A stretch of 64,000 nucleotides of DNA, taken from the NCBI RefSeq assembly GCF_050304635.1, contig NZ_JBNLDX010000012.1, one strand, 5' to 3'. Position 1 is the first letter of the stretch. Every line of letters begins with the position of its first letter. This document shows, piece after piece, positions 25,158-36,842 of this stretch. The position numbers and the translations under genes are program-made. The notes beneath the pieces were generated by a model. It saw only the letters and a list, made by a program, of their open reading frames with translations, did no database searches and had not been told where the DNA came from. The DNA comes from Haliangium sp. (GTDB taxonomy: Bacteria > Myxococcota_A > Polyangia > Haliangiales > Haliangiaceae).

Positions 25158-28037
25158 CTATGGCGTGACGTCCACATCGAGGACCGGATGAACCGCGGGC
25201 GCAGCGTCTTCCTTGGAGGCGATGGAGAAGGTGCCGGACTGGGCCACGCAGGCGAAGCTGACCACGCCGTCGCCGGCGTACTCGTCGCTGACGTAGTCGG
25301 TGACGTCTACGTACACCCAGCCGCCGGCCACGCCGCTCACCGCCCCGAGGCTGACCCCGGGCGCCGGCATGTCGTTCCAGGTGAGGGTGTCTTCGCTCCA
25401 GCCGTCGTCGTCGATCCGCACCAAGTCGCACACCCCGCTGGGGTCGTTGGAGTACAGGCGCAGGATGGCTTGGCTCACGCTGGAGCCGGGGGCGGCGGAG
25501 AGGTCGAAGCGCAGCAGCAAGCGCTCCTCGGCGAGGGCCGAGGCCACGCTCGTGATCGGGTCTTGCCCGCCGTAGCTGGTGTCGGGCTTCTTGGCCCGGG
25601 CCTCGGTGTCGTCACTCGGGGCCAGCGACACCCGAGCGGTGTCGCACACGCCGCAGTCGGCGGCGCAGGTGTCACAGGACTCCGCGTGCTCGGGCTCGCA
25701 CACCGCGTTGTGGTTGCAGGCCAGGTCGACGACGACCGGCACCGACGAGGACCAACCCGGGAACAGCAGCGCGTGCGTATCTCGGCCCCAGCACGACAGG
25801 GTGCCGTCAAAGCTCACCGCGCAGCTCGTCTCGCCCTGGCAGGTCACCAGCTCGACGTCGGTGCCGAGGGCGGTGACCTGGGTCGGGATCTCGGCCGGGC
25901 TGGAGGTGCCGTCGCCGACCTCGCCGAAATCGTTTGCGCCCCAGCAGAACAAGGCCCCGTCGTCGCGGATGGCGCAGGTGTGGTCGCGTCCGCAGGACAG
26001 GCCGCCGGGCGCGGCGAAGCCCGGGAACGCGGTCTGGACCGGTCGGGGGCGGGGGCTCAGGGTCGGGGCGCCGGCGCCGATCTGGTACTGGGAATCCTGA
26101 CCCCAGCACCACACCGTGCCGTCGCTGCGGCGCGCGCAGGTGTGGGCCTCGCCGCCGCAGACGTCGGTCACGGCGCCGAAGGCACCGCCGCCGGCGTCCT
26201 GGTCCACGACCACCGGGACGAGGCGATCGACGAGGCTACCGTCGCCGACCTGACCGTAGTCGTTTCGGCCCCAGCAGTACAGATCGCCGCTGATGGTGAT
26301 GGCGCAGCTCGAGCGCGAGCGCGAGCCCAGCGAGCGCTCCGAGACCTGGTTGCCGAGCGCGCTCACCGGCACCGGCAGGGGCTGGTCGACGCCGCTGCCG
26401 TCGCCGACCTGACCGAAGTCGTTGTTGCCCCAGCAGTGTAGGGTGCCGTCGGTGCGGCGGGCGCAGCTATGGCGGTCGTTGGCCGAGATCGCGGCGACGT
26501 CGCTGCTCAGGGCGGAGACGTAGGTCGGCTTGGAGCGGTCGACGATGGTGCCGTCACCGAGCTGCCCCTTGCTGTTCAGGCCCCAGCAGTACCCATCGCC
26601 ACTGGTGGTGCGGGCGCAGGTGTGGCGCCAGCCGCCCGAGACCTCGGCCACGGCGCCGCTCAGGGTCATGACCTGGAGCGGGTAGGGTTCGAAGTCGGAC
26701 ACGAAGCCCAGGCCGAGCTGACCGAGGTTGTTCTTGCCCCAGCACCACAGCGTGCCGTCGTTGCGAATGAAGCAGTTGTGCTCGTCGCCGAAGGCCAGCT
26801 CCTGGCCCAGATCGAGGAAGGTGTTGATCACGGCCGACTCGCCGTCGCAGTCACCGTAGGCGAGATCGACCGGGTCGCGCTGGCTGCACACGTCGGCGCA
26901 GTCGCCCAACGAGCGGAAGCCGCAGTCGCCCTCGGTGCAGGTGCGCCCCGACAGCCCGCCGCCGGTGACCATGCAAGTGTGGATTTCGGGGGTGGGGCCG
27001 AACACGTCGCCCCAGAACGCGCCCTCGTGGGTATCGAAGTGGGCGCGCTCGACCGCGGACGTGGTGATGCCCGAGCCCCGCAGCGAGATCCGCACCTTCT
27101 TGCCCTTGGCGTTGGAGCGCGCCGCCAGACACGCCGACACCTTGCGCTGCTCCACGGAGGTGGGCGCGCCGTCACGCCAGCTCGGGGCCAGCCCGAGCGA
27201 GCCCTCGAACACCATGGGGGTGACACCGTCGATGTCGTAGATGGTAGCGCTTTGGCCGGGAGAAAGGGCGCACTCGACCATGTACTGGAGCAGAATCTTG
27301 GTGGCCTCGATGTTCCACGGCTCGTGGGTGGCTGTGTGACCGTCTGCGCCGGCGCGACGGACGAAGCACTCGCCCATGTCGGCGGACTTGGTCAAATCGG
27401 GCACGTTCACGTTCCAGGTGGGATCGTGTCCTTCCAAGCCACAATAGTCCTGGGTGGTGCCGTCGAGCCGGGTGACGGTGACGCACTGCCCCACGACGAG
27501 GGCGCACTCGGCCAGGTACTTGATGATGTTCTCGACGTCGTCGGCCTCGAGCGCGCTGATGGGCTGCCCGTCGATCTTCATCGTGCTCAACGTGGCGTCG
27601 GAGAGGGAGGCCGCGTTGAGAGACGCGTTGCTCATGGCCTCGGCGTCGAAGGAGAGCGTGTTCAGCCAGATGTCCTCATAGACGGCGCCGTTGAGGGAGG
27701 CGAGGTTGAGGGAGGCGAGGTTGCGCGAGGCGAGGTTGAGGGAGGCGAGGTTGAGGGAGGCGAGGTTGAGCTGCACGCCGTTGAAGGCGAGGCCGCTGGG
27801 GTTGACGTGGTTGAACGCGATCCCGTTGGGGCCGAGGTTGTTCTGGCTCAGGCCGTTGGAGAGCTGAGCGAGCGCGGCGCGGTTGTGCTCGACCTCGCCC
27901 GCGAATGCGGACGCGGGCGGGTTCTCTGCCGGCCGGCACGCGACCAGCGCGACCCACGCCAGCAGGGCTGCGCCGGCGTATCTCCCGTCGTGCCTGCGCC
28001 GCCGCGGCTCGATTCGAGCCTGGCAGTCGGGTTTCAT
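25158..28037 (-). CDS. Secreted lipoprotein: NLASL pentapeptide-like repeats + Cys-rich region + RCC1-type beta-propeller + C-terminal beta-sandwich-like domain
   Basis: ORF 25158..28067(-) trimmed to MKPDCQ...ALVAC (lipobox). NLASLNLASLNLASRNLASLNLASLN repeats. At least six RCC1 blades (C(W)G.N..GQLG.G, H(T/S)CA). Cys-rich middle and tail. C-terminal LRLYSN...LTWNDMP region. Confidence 0.85.
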   Translation of the reverse strand: MKPDCQARIEPRRRRHDGRYAGAALLAWVALVACRPAENPPASAFAGEVEHNRAALAQLSNGLSQNNLGPNGIAFNHVNPSGLAFNGVQLNLASLNLASLNLASRNLASLNLASLNGAVYEDIWLNTLSFDAEAMSNASLNAASLSDATLSTMKIDGQPISALEADDVENIIKYLAECALVVGQCVTVTRLDGTTQDYCGLEGHDPTWNVNVPDLTKSADMGECFVRRAGADGHTATHEPWNIEATKILLQYMVECALSPGQSATIYDIDGVTPMVFEGSLGLAPSWRDGAPTSVEQRKVSACLAARSNAKGKKVRISLRGSGITTSAVERAHFDTHEGAFWGDVFGPTPEIHTCMVTGGGLSGRTCTEGDCGFRSLGDCADVCSQRDPVDLAYGDCDGESAVINTFLDLGQELAFGDEHNCFIRNDGTLWCWGKNNLGQLGLGFVSDFEPYPLQVMTLSGAVAEVSGGWRHTCARTTSGDGYCWGLNSKGQLGDGTIVDRSKPTYVSALSSDVAAISANDRHSCARRTDGTLHCWGNNDFGQVGDGSGVDQPLPVPVSALGNQVSERSLGSRSRSSCAITISGDLYCWGRNDYGQVGDGSLVDRLVPVVVDQDAGGGAFGAVTDVCGGEAHTCARRSDGTVWCWGQDSQYQIGAGAPTLSPRPRPVQTAFPGFAAPGGLSCGRDHTCAIRDDGALFCWGANDFGEVGDGTSSPAEIPTQVTALGTDVELVTCQGETSCAVSFDGTLSCWGRDTHALLFPGWSSSVPVVVDLACNHNAVCEPEHAESCDTCAADCGVCDTARVSLAPSDDTEARAKKPDTSYGGQDPITSVASALAEERLLLRFDLSAAPGSSVSQAILRLYSNDPSGVCDLVRIDDDGWSEDTLTWNDMPAPGVSLGAVSGVAGGWVYVDVTDYVSDEYAGDGVVSFACVAQSGTFSIASKEDAAPAVHPVLDVDVTP

Positions 28038-28080
28038 AGGCCCCGCCAAAGGTCGATGTGGTCGCATTCATTGGCTCCAT

Positions 28081-28361
28081 ATAAGACTTGTCATACGGTG
28101 CACGGCGGTCGCAACCGTCCCATCCCGGGCCACCGTTGGTAGATCGGGCTCGCTGAGCGATCCCCCGTGCTCGAGCGTCTATCGACAGTATTCAACAGTA
28201 TTCAACGAAGTGTTTGACATGTACCATAACATGTTCTTTGCTTTTTGCGACCGAGATACGGGGGGCGTGGCCTGGATCCGTCAGGGTTTTTCTGATCCAG
28301 GTCTAGATGGCCAAGTTTGATTGGATTGGGCATCACATGTGGATGACGCGTTGATACCCCG
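28081..28361. promoter_or_regulatory. AT-rich divergent promoter region between the RCC1/kinase operon (-) and the STPK-AAA-TPR gene (+)
   Basis: About 48% GC vs 70% background. Tandem decamer cagtattcaa x2 at 28186-28205. TTGACA at 28214-28219 followed by ACATGT-n6-ACATGT. Confidence 0.45.
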
Positions 28362-31300
28362 TTGACCCAAAACGGGAATCGTAGAGATAATGGCGGCGCT
28401 GGCCACGTGTCTGGTTTCGGGAGCGCGTTCGGCCAGTTGGGTAGACCTAGTCGGGTAGACATGCAGGGTGAAGCCAATCACGTCGACGTCGCTGTGACCC
28501 TATCGGTCGCTGGGTATCGGATCGATGGTCGCCTTGGACAGGGAGGTTTCGCGACCGTGCTCGCGGCCACACGCGAGGCCGATGGGCTGCCCGTGGCCAT
28601 CAAGGTGGTGCACCGCGAGGACCCTACGGCGCGTGTGCGCCTGGAGACCGAGGCCCAGGCCTTGAGCGCCATCGGACCACCCTACGTGCCTGCTCTGTAC
28701 GGCCGGGGCGTACTCGACGATGGACGCCCGTACTTGGTGATCGAGCGGCTGACGATGCCGACGCTGGATCGGGTTCTGGGTGCGCCGTTGGCCGCGGCGA
28801 CCATGGCGGCGTTGCTGGGTCCGATCCTCGACGCCGTCGAGGCCGCTCATGGGTGCGGCTTCGCCCACCGCGATCTGTCGCCGCAGAACATCTTCGTGAG
28901 CCGCGGGTTGGCGGCGCCCGGCCCCGAGCCGGTGGAGACGCCGGCGGTGGCCAAGCTCATCGATTTCGGCCTGGCCAAGTCGTTGGTCGTGGCGCCGGGG
29001 ACGCCGGTGCAGACCGTGCCGGGCATGATCCTGGGGACCCCGGCGTACATGTCCCCCGAGCAGTGTGAAGGGCTGGGACGGGTGGACTCCCGCGCCGACA
29101 TCTATTCGCTGGGGATCATGGGCTACGAGATGATCGCGGGCGAGCCGCCGTTCGTGGGGGACGCGTCGAGCGTGCGCATGGCCCACATGTACCGCCGTCC
29201 GCCCTCGTTGCACGGCGGTCTGGTGCGATCTGAGGCTGTGCTCGACGTGCTGCAGCGGTGCCTGGCCAAGCGTCCCGATCGCCGCTTCGGCTCGGTCGCC
29301 GAGCTGCGTGCGGCGCTGCTCCCGGCCCTGGACGCAGCCTCCCGCTCGACGCGGGCGAGCGCCGCCGCGGCCTCGACCGCGGAGGCCGCGGCGACAGCAT
29401 GGTCCGAGCGTCCCAACTCGAGCCCGGGGGCTTCGCGCCGGGCCCGCACCGAAGACCCGGCGCCGATATCGTCGTCGAATCAGCGTCGGTGGGCCGGAGT
29501 GGTACTGTTCGAACCCGAGGTCGATCTCGGCTTGGTGGGGCGCGAAATCGGCGAGCTGGGTGGGCTCCTGGCCGCGACCAGCGCGCGCTTCTGTGCGGCC
29601 GTGTTCTATGGCACCGAGGCTCAGCCGCCGGTGGCGGCCGCGTCGGCCGCGGCCCAGGCCTTGATCGAACGCGGCGTGGCCGTTCGCGTGATCGTGGACC
29701 GCGACCAGGTCCGTTCGATGCGCAGCCGGCGCGGGGTCGAGCGAGTCGTCGGGGTCAACACCGGCAAGGCCGCGGTGCTGCTGCGGGGAACGCTGCCGGC
29801 GGCGGTGCTGCTGTCGCGACAAGCAGCCGAGGCCGTGGCGCCGGCCGCGGTCGTGGCGCTCCCCGGGCGCGACGACCTGGTTCGCGTTCGCGCCGGCTCG
29901 GGCGAGGTGGTGTCGATGGTCGGGCTCGGGGCCGACGGGCCGCTGTTGGGTCGCGACCAGGTCCTGGCCGAGCTCGTGGACAGCGCCACCGAGTGTGCCC
30001 GGGAGCGGCGTCCGGGACTGTGTACGATCTTGGCCGAGACCGGCCTCGGCAAGTCTCACCTGGCGGCCACGCTGAGCCGCACGTTGAGCGAGCGCGATCC
30101 GAAGCTGTGTGTGCTCACGCTCCACGCCCGGCCCCGGGTCGGCGATCAGGGGGCGCGTATCTTGGGCACCTTGGTGGCCTCGATCCTGCGCGAGGCGTCG
30201 GAGCAGGTCACGCCCGGGGTAGAGGTCCTGCTCGCGCGTCTCGAACGCGTGCTCGGAGCGACCTCGTGGCCGGCCTTGGCCTTGGTCTGCGGCTGGCTGA
30301 GCGCGGACGAGCCGGCGCTGGCCAAGCTGCGGGCCGCGCCCTCGGTGCTGCGCAGGACCGCGGCCCAGGCCGCCGGTGAGCTGCTCTGCCGCCTCGCCGC
30401 GCGGGCCCCGGTGTGCTTGGTGCTCGATGACGGACACATGTCCGACGGCATCACCCTGGACGCCCTGGAGTACGCCACCCGAGCCGAGGTGGCGGCGCCG
30501 CTGTGGGTGGCCGTGTTCGCCCAGCCCAAGCTCACCCAGACCCGCCAGCACTGGGGCCGACGGGCCGCGAGCCGACGCGAGGTCACCCTGGGGGCGCTCG
30601 CCGACGAGGACGCGGCCGCGCTGTGCCGGCGGCTCCTGCACCCGGCCCGCGACGTGCCGACTCAGGTAGTGGCCCGCTTGGTGGCCCAGACCCAGGGCAA
30701 CCCGCTGCTTTTGACCGAGCTGGCGCGTGGGATCCAGCGCCAGGGGTTGATCCGCCGCCACGACCGCGGCAAGGCTTGGTTCCTGGCCGCCGACGAGCTG
30801 GGCGAACTGCTCGACCTGCCCGGGATTGCGTGGCTGGTCGAGCGCGAGCTGGGCGCGCTGTCACCGGCGCTGGCGGCCCACGCCCGACTGCTGTCCCTGC
30901 TCGGCGCGAGCTTCACCCTGGCTGAGGTCGAGGGGGTGCTGCACGAGCTGGAGCGCGATGGGCTCGGCGATGAGTTTCCGCTCGACGCCGAGGTGGGCTG
31001 CGGCTTGCTGCGCGAGCAGGGCCTGCTGGTAGACCGTGGTCAGCGGGCGTTCTGGTTTCGTCACGCCCTGTTCCGAGAGCAGATCGTCCGCCTGATACCG
31101 GCGCCGTTGACGTTGAGCATCCACGCCGCGGCGGGGCGGTATTACGAGCACGCGTCTGGTCTGGGCGAGGCCCGCCGGCGGCCGTTGCTGGCCTATCACG
31201 CCGCGCAGGCGGGGCTGCGAGAACGCGCCATCGGCCTCTACGTCGAGCTCGCTGATACCATGCGGGATCACCACGACTACGTCGAGGCGGCCGAGCTCTA

Positions 31301-32510
31301 CAGCCGCGCTCTGGAGCTAATCGCGGCGTCCGGAGTCGACCCGGTGCGGCCACGGGCCGCTGGGATCCCGGCCGCCGTGGCGCAGCCGTGTCTGCGCGCT
31401 CTGCGCGGTCGTGGGCTCATGCACTACCGTCAGAGCCGCTTCGACGACGCGGTCGCGGATCTGTGCGCCGCCGCCGAGCTGGCCGAGTCCTTGGGTGTGG
31501 TCCACGTTCGGGCCGCGATTCTGCTCGATCAGGCCACCGCGCTCGATTGGCGTCGCGACTTCGCCGCCTCGCGCGCGTGCGTGGACGAGGCCCGGGCCAT
31601 CGCCCCCGCCGGCGATTCGCTGCTGGAGGCGCGGCTGGCGCTGGCGCTGGGACGCGCGCACCATCGCGCCGAGGACGACGCCACCGCGGTCGTCCATCTG
31701 GAAGAGGCGGCCCGGCGCGGGGGCGCGCTCGGCGAGCTGGGCTACGAGCCGCGCGTGATCGCGCTGCTGCTGCTGGGCTACATCTATCCCTCGCTGCACG
31801 AGATCGAGCGTGCGCAAGCGGTGTTCGAGACCTGCATCGCGCTGTGCGAGGAGCACGGTGACAGGCTGCACCTGGCCGCGGCGCTCAGCAACCGGTGCGA
31901 GCTGTGGAACTGGCAGAATCAGCCCGAGCGCTCGGCCCGTGATATGCGCCGGGCGGAGTCCATCGGGCGTGAGATCGGCCAGCTCAGCGTCGAGTACGTC
32001 ACCGCGCGCAACCTGGCCGAGCTGTACTACTACACCGGCGATCTGGTCGCGGTCGAGGCCCCTCTGGGCCGCGCCGGCGAGCTCGAGCCCATCACCGGCG
32101 ACAAACCGATGATGCCGCTGTTGAGCGCCCGGCTGGGGGTGTTCGCGGGAGACCCGGAGCGGGCCCGCGAGGGCCTGGCGCGGGTGCGCGCGGCCGAGGC
32201 CCGGGCTCGCGCCGAGCACAATCACAGCGGTCAGCTCGGCGAGGCCGAAGAGGTCATCGTCCAGGCGGTCGAGCTGGCCGTCGAGGGCGCCGGGGAAGCG
32301 GCCTGGCACGCGGTCCTGGTCCGCGCCGAGGCTGCGCTGGGCGAGGTCGATTCCATCGACGTCATGGACATGATGGCGTGGACGCTGCACCGGCGCGGCG
32401 AGGCCAACGCGGCCCGGCAGATGTGGCGGCAGGCGCACGCGCGCAGCCTGGCCGCCGGACACGTGATCGAAGCTCGGCTGCGCCGGCGGGTCGCGGCCGG
32501 GGACGACTGA
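28362..32510 (+). CDS. Ser/Thr kinase + AAA/STAND ATPase + TPR-repeat signalling protein
   Basis: 1382 aa (alternative ATG at 28461). Kinase: GQGGFATV, VAIKVV, FAHRDLSPQN, DFGLAK, GTPAYMSPE. P-loop CTILAETGLGKSHLAAT. Long C-terminal helical repeat (TPR-like) region. Confidence 0.85.
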   Translation: MTQNGNRRDNGGAGHVSGFGSAFGQLGRPSRVDMQGEANHVDVAVTLSVAGYRIDGRLGQGGFATVLAATREADGLPVAIKVVHREDPTARVRLETEAQALSAIGPPYVPALYGRGVLDDGRPYLVIERLTMPTLDRVLGAPLAAATMAALLGPILDAVEAAHGCGFAHRDLSPQNIFVSRGLAAPGPEPVETPAVAKLIDFGLAKSLVVAPGTPVQTVPGMILGTPAYMSPEQCEGLGRVDSRADIYSLGIMGYEMIAGEPPFVGDASSVRMAHMYRRPPSLHGGLVRSEAVLDVLQRCLAKRPDRRFGSVAELRAALLPALDAASRSTRASAAAASTAEAAATAWSERPNSSPGASRRARTEDPAPISSSNQRRWAGVVLFEPEVDLGLVGREIGELGGLLAATSARFCAAVFYGTEAQPPVAAASAAAQALIERGVAVRVIVDRDQVRSMRSRRGVERVVGVNTGKAAVLLRGTLPAAVLLSRQAAEAVAPAAVVALPGRDDLVRVRAGSGEVVSMVGLGADGPLLGRDQVLAELVDSATECARERRPGLCTILAETGLGKSHLAATLSRTLSERDPKLCVLTLHARPRVGDQGARILGTLVASILREASEQVTPGVEVLLARLERVLGATSWPALALVCGWLSADEPALAKLRAAPSVLRRTAAQAAGELLCRLAARAPVCLVLDDGHMSDGITLDALEYATRAEVAAPLWVAVFAQPKLTQTRQHWGRRAASRREVTLGALADEDAAALCRRLLHPARDVPTQVVARLVAQTQGNPLLLTELARGIQRQGLIRRHDRGKAWFLAADELGELLDLPGIAWLVERELGALSPALAAHARLLSLLGASFTLAEVEGVLHELERDGLGDEFPLDAEVGCGLLREQGLLVDRGQRAFWFRHALFREQIVRLIPAPLTLSIHAAAGRYYEHASGLGEARRRPLLAYHAAQAGLRERAIGLYVELADTMRDHHDYVEAAELYSRALELIAASGVDPVRPRAAGIPAAVAQPCLRALRGRGLMHYRQSRFDDAVADLCAAAELAESLGVVHVRAAILLDQATALDWRRDFAASRACVDEARAIAPAGDSLLEARLALALGRAHHRAEDDATAVVHLEEAARRGGALGELGYEPRVIALLLLGYIYPSLHEIERAQAVFETCIALCEEHGDRLHLAAALSNRCELWNWQNQPERSARDMRRAESIGREIGQLSVEYVTARNLAELYYYTGDLVAVEAPLGRAGELEPITGDKPMMPLLSARLGVFAGDPERAREGLARVRAAEARARAEHNHSGQLGEAEEVIVQAVELAVEGAGEAAWHAVLVRAEAALGEVDSIDVMDMMAWTLHRRGEANAARQMWRQAHARSLAAGHVIEARLRRRVAAGDD

Positions 32511-32575
32511 GCGACGGGGACCCAGACCTCGGCGTCAGAGCCGCTGGGGTCCGGTGTTGGTCGCGGGGGTTGGGC

Positions 32576-34069
32576 TCAGAAGGTGCTCTGCGGCCAGTCG
32601 GCGACCGCCTCGAGCCAGAAGCGCTGTTCGTCGTAGCTGCCGCAGCCGTAGGTCTCCCAGTCCTGGCCCGAGGCGGTGGAGGCAGTGGCGTCCATGCAGT
32701 AGGCGCTGTTGTCGTAGCTGCGGAAGCGGCCGCTGTTGGTGATGATCCACTTCTCGCTGTTGCCGCCGTCGCAGTCCCACAGGTGCATCTTCTCCCCCTG
32801 GCCGGCGTCGCCGCCGTCGATGTCGACGCAGTAGCGGTTGTTGCCGCGGGGCCGGAGCTGGCCCTCGGCGGTGTACACGAACTGCTTGTCGTAGCTGCCG
32901 TCGCAGGTGGCCTGCTGGATGTCGGCGCCGTTGCCGTAGGAGCCCTCGACGTCCATGCACAGCGACGGCGCGTGCGAGGGTTTTAGGCGAAAATACCCCG
33001 GCAGCGAGCGGCGTACGCCGACCAGGGGGATGCTCCCGCCAAACGTGGTGCCCGCGCTGGGATTGGCCAGATCCTGGCCAATGGCCTGGATTCCGTGGGC
33101 CACGGCGATGTAGTTGTAGGTGAAGCTGGTGTTTCCGTACACGTGGTCGCCCCAGAGGTGGATGATCTGCTTGTTTTGGGCGGCGCGGTTGGCGGTCACC
33201 TGGTAGTGGTCGCGCGACTTGAGGTTGGAGCACAGGAAGAACTGTGAGTTGTTGGTGCCGATGCCGTCGACGGTGCCGCCGACGGCGACCTCGTCGGGAT
33301 CGGACTCGACGTCCGGGCACATGAAGGTGGCGGGGTAGCGGCCATAGCCGAAGTAGAGGTCGACCAGGGCGTCTTCCATGTGCTGGTTGACCGAGCCGAC
33401 CCGGCCGCCGGTGAGCGCGACGATCATCTTGCCGCGCAGGCTGTCGAGGCGGGGCCAGCCGCGCTCGGCCAGGAGCGCGCGGGGGGTGTCCGAGCGGACC
33501 GCGATGTAGCCGAGGAGCTGATCGTAGCGGTACATGTCGTCACCGAGGTGGTCGACGATCCACTCGTCGAGCATGGCCACCTCGTCGCCCTTCCAGGCGT
33601 TGAGCGGATCCCAGCTCGCCTTCATGTCGACCAGCACCAAGATGGGCGGGCTGTCGGGGTTGTCGGCCAGGAAGCCGCGGATGTCGTCGAGGCAGTGGCC
33701 GAGCCGATCGTCGGCGCTGCCCGAGCTGCAGTTCTTCTGCCCGGGCGAGGAGTCGTGGGAGACGTAGGGGCCGAGGCGCTGCAGCTCCCAGTCGCCGCGG
33801 TCGATGACGTCGAGCTCGACCGAGCGGTAGCCGGCGTCGAGCCAGGCCCGCAAGGAGGTGCCGTGGTCGTAGGTGTTGTGCGGCTGGACGTAGTAGACCT
33901 CGTCGAAGTGGTGGGTGAAGACGTCGGCGGTCGCGGCCCGGTAGGGGGGCGTGAGGGTGTCCGCGGAGGCCACGCCGGTGGCCGCGAGCATGGCCGTGAA
34001 GGAGACGGCGGCGACCAGGGCCGGCGCGGTCGGGCGAGGCGCGCGCACGCGCGCAGGGAGGAGTTGCAT
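32576..34069 (-). CDS. Secreted PI-PLC X-domain-like phosphodiesterase with C-terminal ricin-B (beta-trefoil) lectin domain
   Basis: ORF trimmed to MQLLPARV... signal peptide (ATG 34069). FTHHFDEVYYVQPHNTYDHG and SVELDVIDRG resemble the PLC-like phosphodiesterase TIM barrel. Three QxW-type ricin-B repeats (YDKQFVY, EKMHLWDCDGGNSEKW, DEQRFW) with paired Cys. Confidence 0.7.
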   Translation of the reverse strand: MQLLPARVRAPRPTAPALVAAVSFTAMLAATGVASADTLTPPYRAATADVFTHHFDEVYYVQPHNTYDHGTSLRAWLDAGYRSVELDVIDRGDWELQRLGPYVSHDSSPGQKNCSSGSADDRLGHCLDDIRGFLADNPDSPPILVLVDMKASWDPLNAWKGDEVAMLDEWIVDHLGDDMYRYDQLLGYIAVRSDTPRALLAERGWPRLDSLRGKMIVALTGGRVGSVNQHMEDALVDLYFGYGRYPATFMCPDVESDPDEVAVGGTVDGIGTNNSQFFLCSNLKSRDHYQVTANRAAQNKQIIHLWGDHVYGNTSFTYNYIAVAHGIQAIGQDLANPSAGTTFGGSIPLVGVRRSLPGYFRLKPSHAPSLCMDVEGSYGNGADIQQATCDGSYDKQFVYTAEGQLRPRGNNRYCVDIDGGDAGQGEKMHLWDCDGGNSEKWIITNSGRFRSYDNSAYCMDATASTASGQDWETYGCGSYDEQRFWLEAVADWPQSTF

Positions 34070-34220
34070 CGGAGCTTCCTTTCGATAGCGGGTCGGGCGG
34101 ATCGGGCGATGCTCCGGATCCAGGCGCCGCGTCATCGCCGGCGGCCGCCGGAGCGACGCTATCTTGCCGAGGTGCCCCGGGCCTGACCAGGGTCCATCGC
34201 CGCCACGCCGGGACGGCCCG

Positions 34221-35333
34221 TTACGGGCGCAGGAGCTGGGCCAGGCGCTCGACCCCGCGGCCCAGGTCGCCCTCGTCGTAGTATGCAAACGACAGCCGCA
34301 CGAAGCCGCGCAGGTCGCGCGACACCGCGCAGCGCGGGCCGGGCGTGAACAGCACGCCATGGGCGCGGGCACGCTCGAACAGGGCCGTGCTGTCACTCCC
34401 GGGTGCGAGCGCGAGCCACAAGAAATAACCGCCGCGGGGGGAGCGAAAGTGGCACTCGGGCAGCGCGCCCCGCACTGCCTCGCCCAGGGCCTGGGCCCGG
34501 CGGGAGTAGACTGCGCGCAGGTGGTCGACGTGGTCGCCAAGGGCGCCGCGGTCCAGGAGTCGGTGCAGGATCGCGCCCGTGAACGGGTTGAGCCCGCCGC
34601 CGCTGACGATGCTGCCGTGGCCGACGAAGCGCTCGATCAAGCTGGGGTGCGCGTGCACCCAGCCGGTGCGCAGGCCCGGGGCCAGGAGCTTGGACAGCGA
34701 GCCGAGGGCGAGCACGCGGGCCCGGCCGCGGTCGTAGGACATCATGCATGGCGGCGGCGCAGGGTCGAAGTGGAGCAGCGGGTAGGGCTCGTCGGCGACG
34801 ATCAGAAAGTCGTAGACGTCAGCCAACTCGACCAGGCGGCGGGCGCGCGCGGGGGCGAGGGTGACGGCGGTGGGGTTGTGGAACGAGGGGATGCAGTACA
34901 CCAGCGCCGGCCGCAGCTCATCCTCGGCCAGGGCTCGCTCGAGCAGGTCCACCCGCAGGCCGTCCGCGTCGATCGGTATCCCGCGCAGCTCGACCCCGGC
35001 GGTGGCGAAGATGCTGTGGGCGTGGAAGTAGGTGGGGTCTTCGCAGACCACCACATCGCCGGTGCGGGTGAAGAGCTGGCAGACGAGCGCGAGGGCGAGC
35101 GAGATGCTGCCGCCCAGGGCCAATTCCCGGGCGGCGACGGGGGTGCGGTAGCGCTCGCTCAGGAACTCGGCCAGGGCTTGGCGCAGATCCATGGGGCCGC
35201 CGTTCGCGCCGTAGGCCAGGGCCGCGCTCATCCGGTCTTCGGACAGCGCGGCCACGGCGGCGCGGATGGCGTCGGCGGCGAGCAGTGAGGGGGAGGGCTG
35301 ACCCCGGCCCAGGTGCAAGATGGAGTCGTCCAC
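34221..35333 (-). CDS. Class I/II PLP-dependent aminotransferase
   Basis: C-terminal part of fused track ORF 34221..36797. Proposed GTG start at 35333, 36 nt after the upstream stop. [29 protein letters not shown] (PLP Lys), GGYFLWL. Confidence 0.7.
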   Translation of the reverse strand: MDDSILHLGRGQPSPSLLAADAIRAAVAALSEDRMSAALAYGANGGPMDLRQALAEFLSERYRTPVAARELALGGSISLALALVCQLFTRTGDVVVCEDPTYFHAHSIFATAGVELRGIPIDADGLRVDLLERALAEDELRPALVYCIPSFHNPTAVTLAPARARRLVELADVYDFLIVADEPYPLLHFDPAPPPCMMSYDRGRARVLALGSLSKLLAPGLRTGWVHAHPSLIERFVGHGSIVSGGGLNPFTGAILHRLLDRGALGDHVDHLRAVYSRRAQALGEAVRGALPECHFRSPRGGYFLWLALAPGSDSTALFERARAHGVLFTPGPRCAVSRDLRGFVRLSFAYYDEGDLGRGVERLAQLLRP

Positions 35334-35368
35334 GGCGAACGGCGGTGGCGCGCGCTGACCCGGCGCGC

Positions 35369-36742
<1,374 letters not shown>

Positions 36743-36842
36743 GGCGGTAGTCTCGATGGCGCGACCATACGACAGCGAGTGCCGGGGTGCAGCTCACCTC
36801 GGCCGGCTCGACATCGTCGAGGCCCCATGGGCTCCGCCGGGG

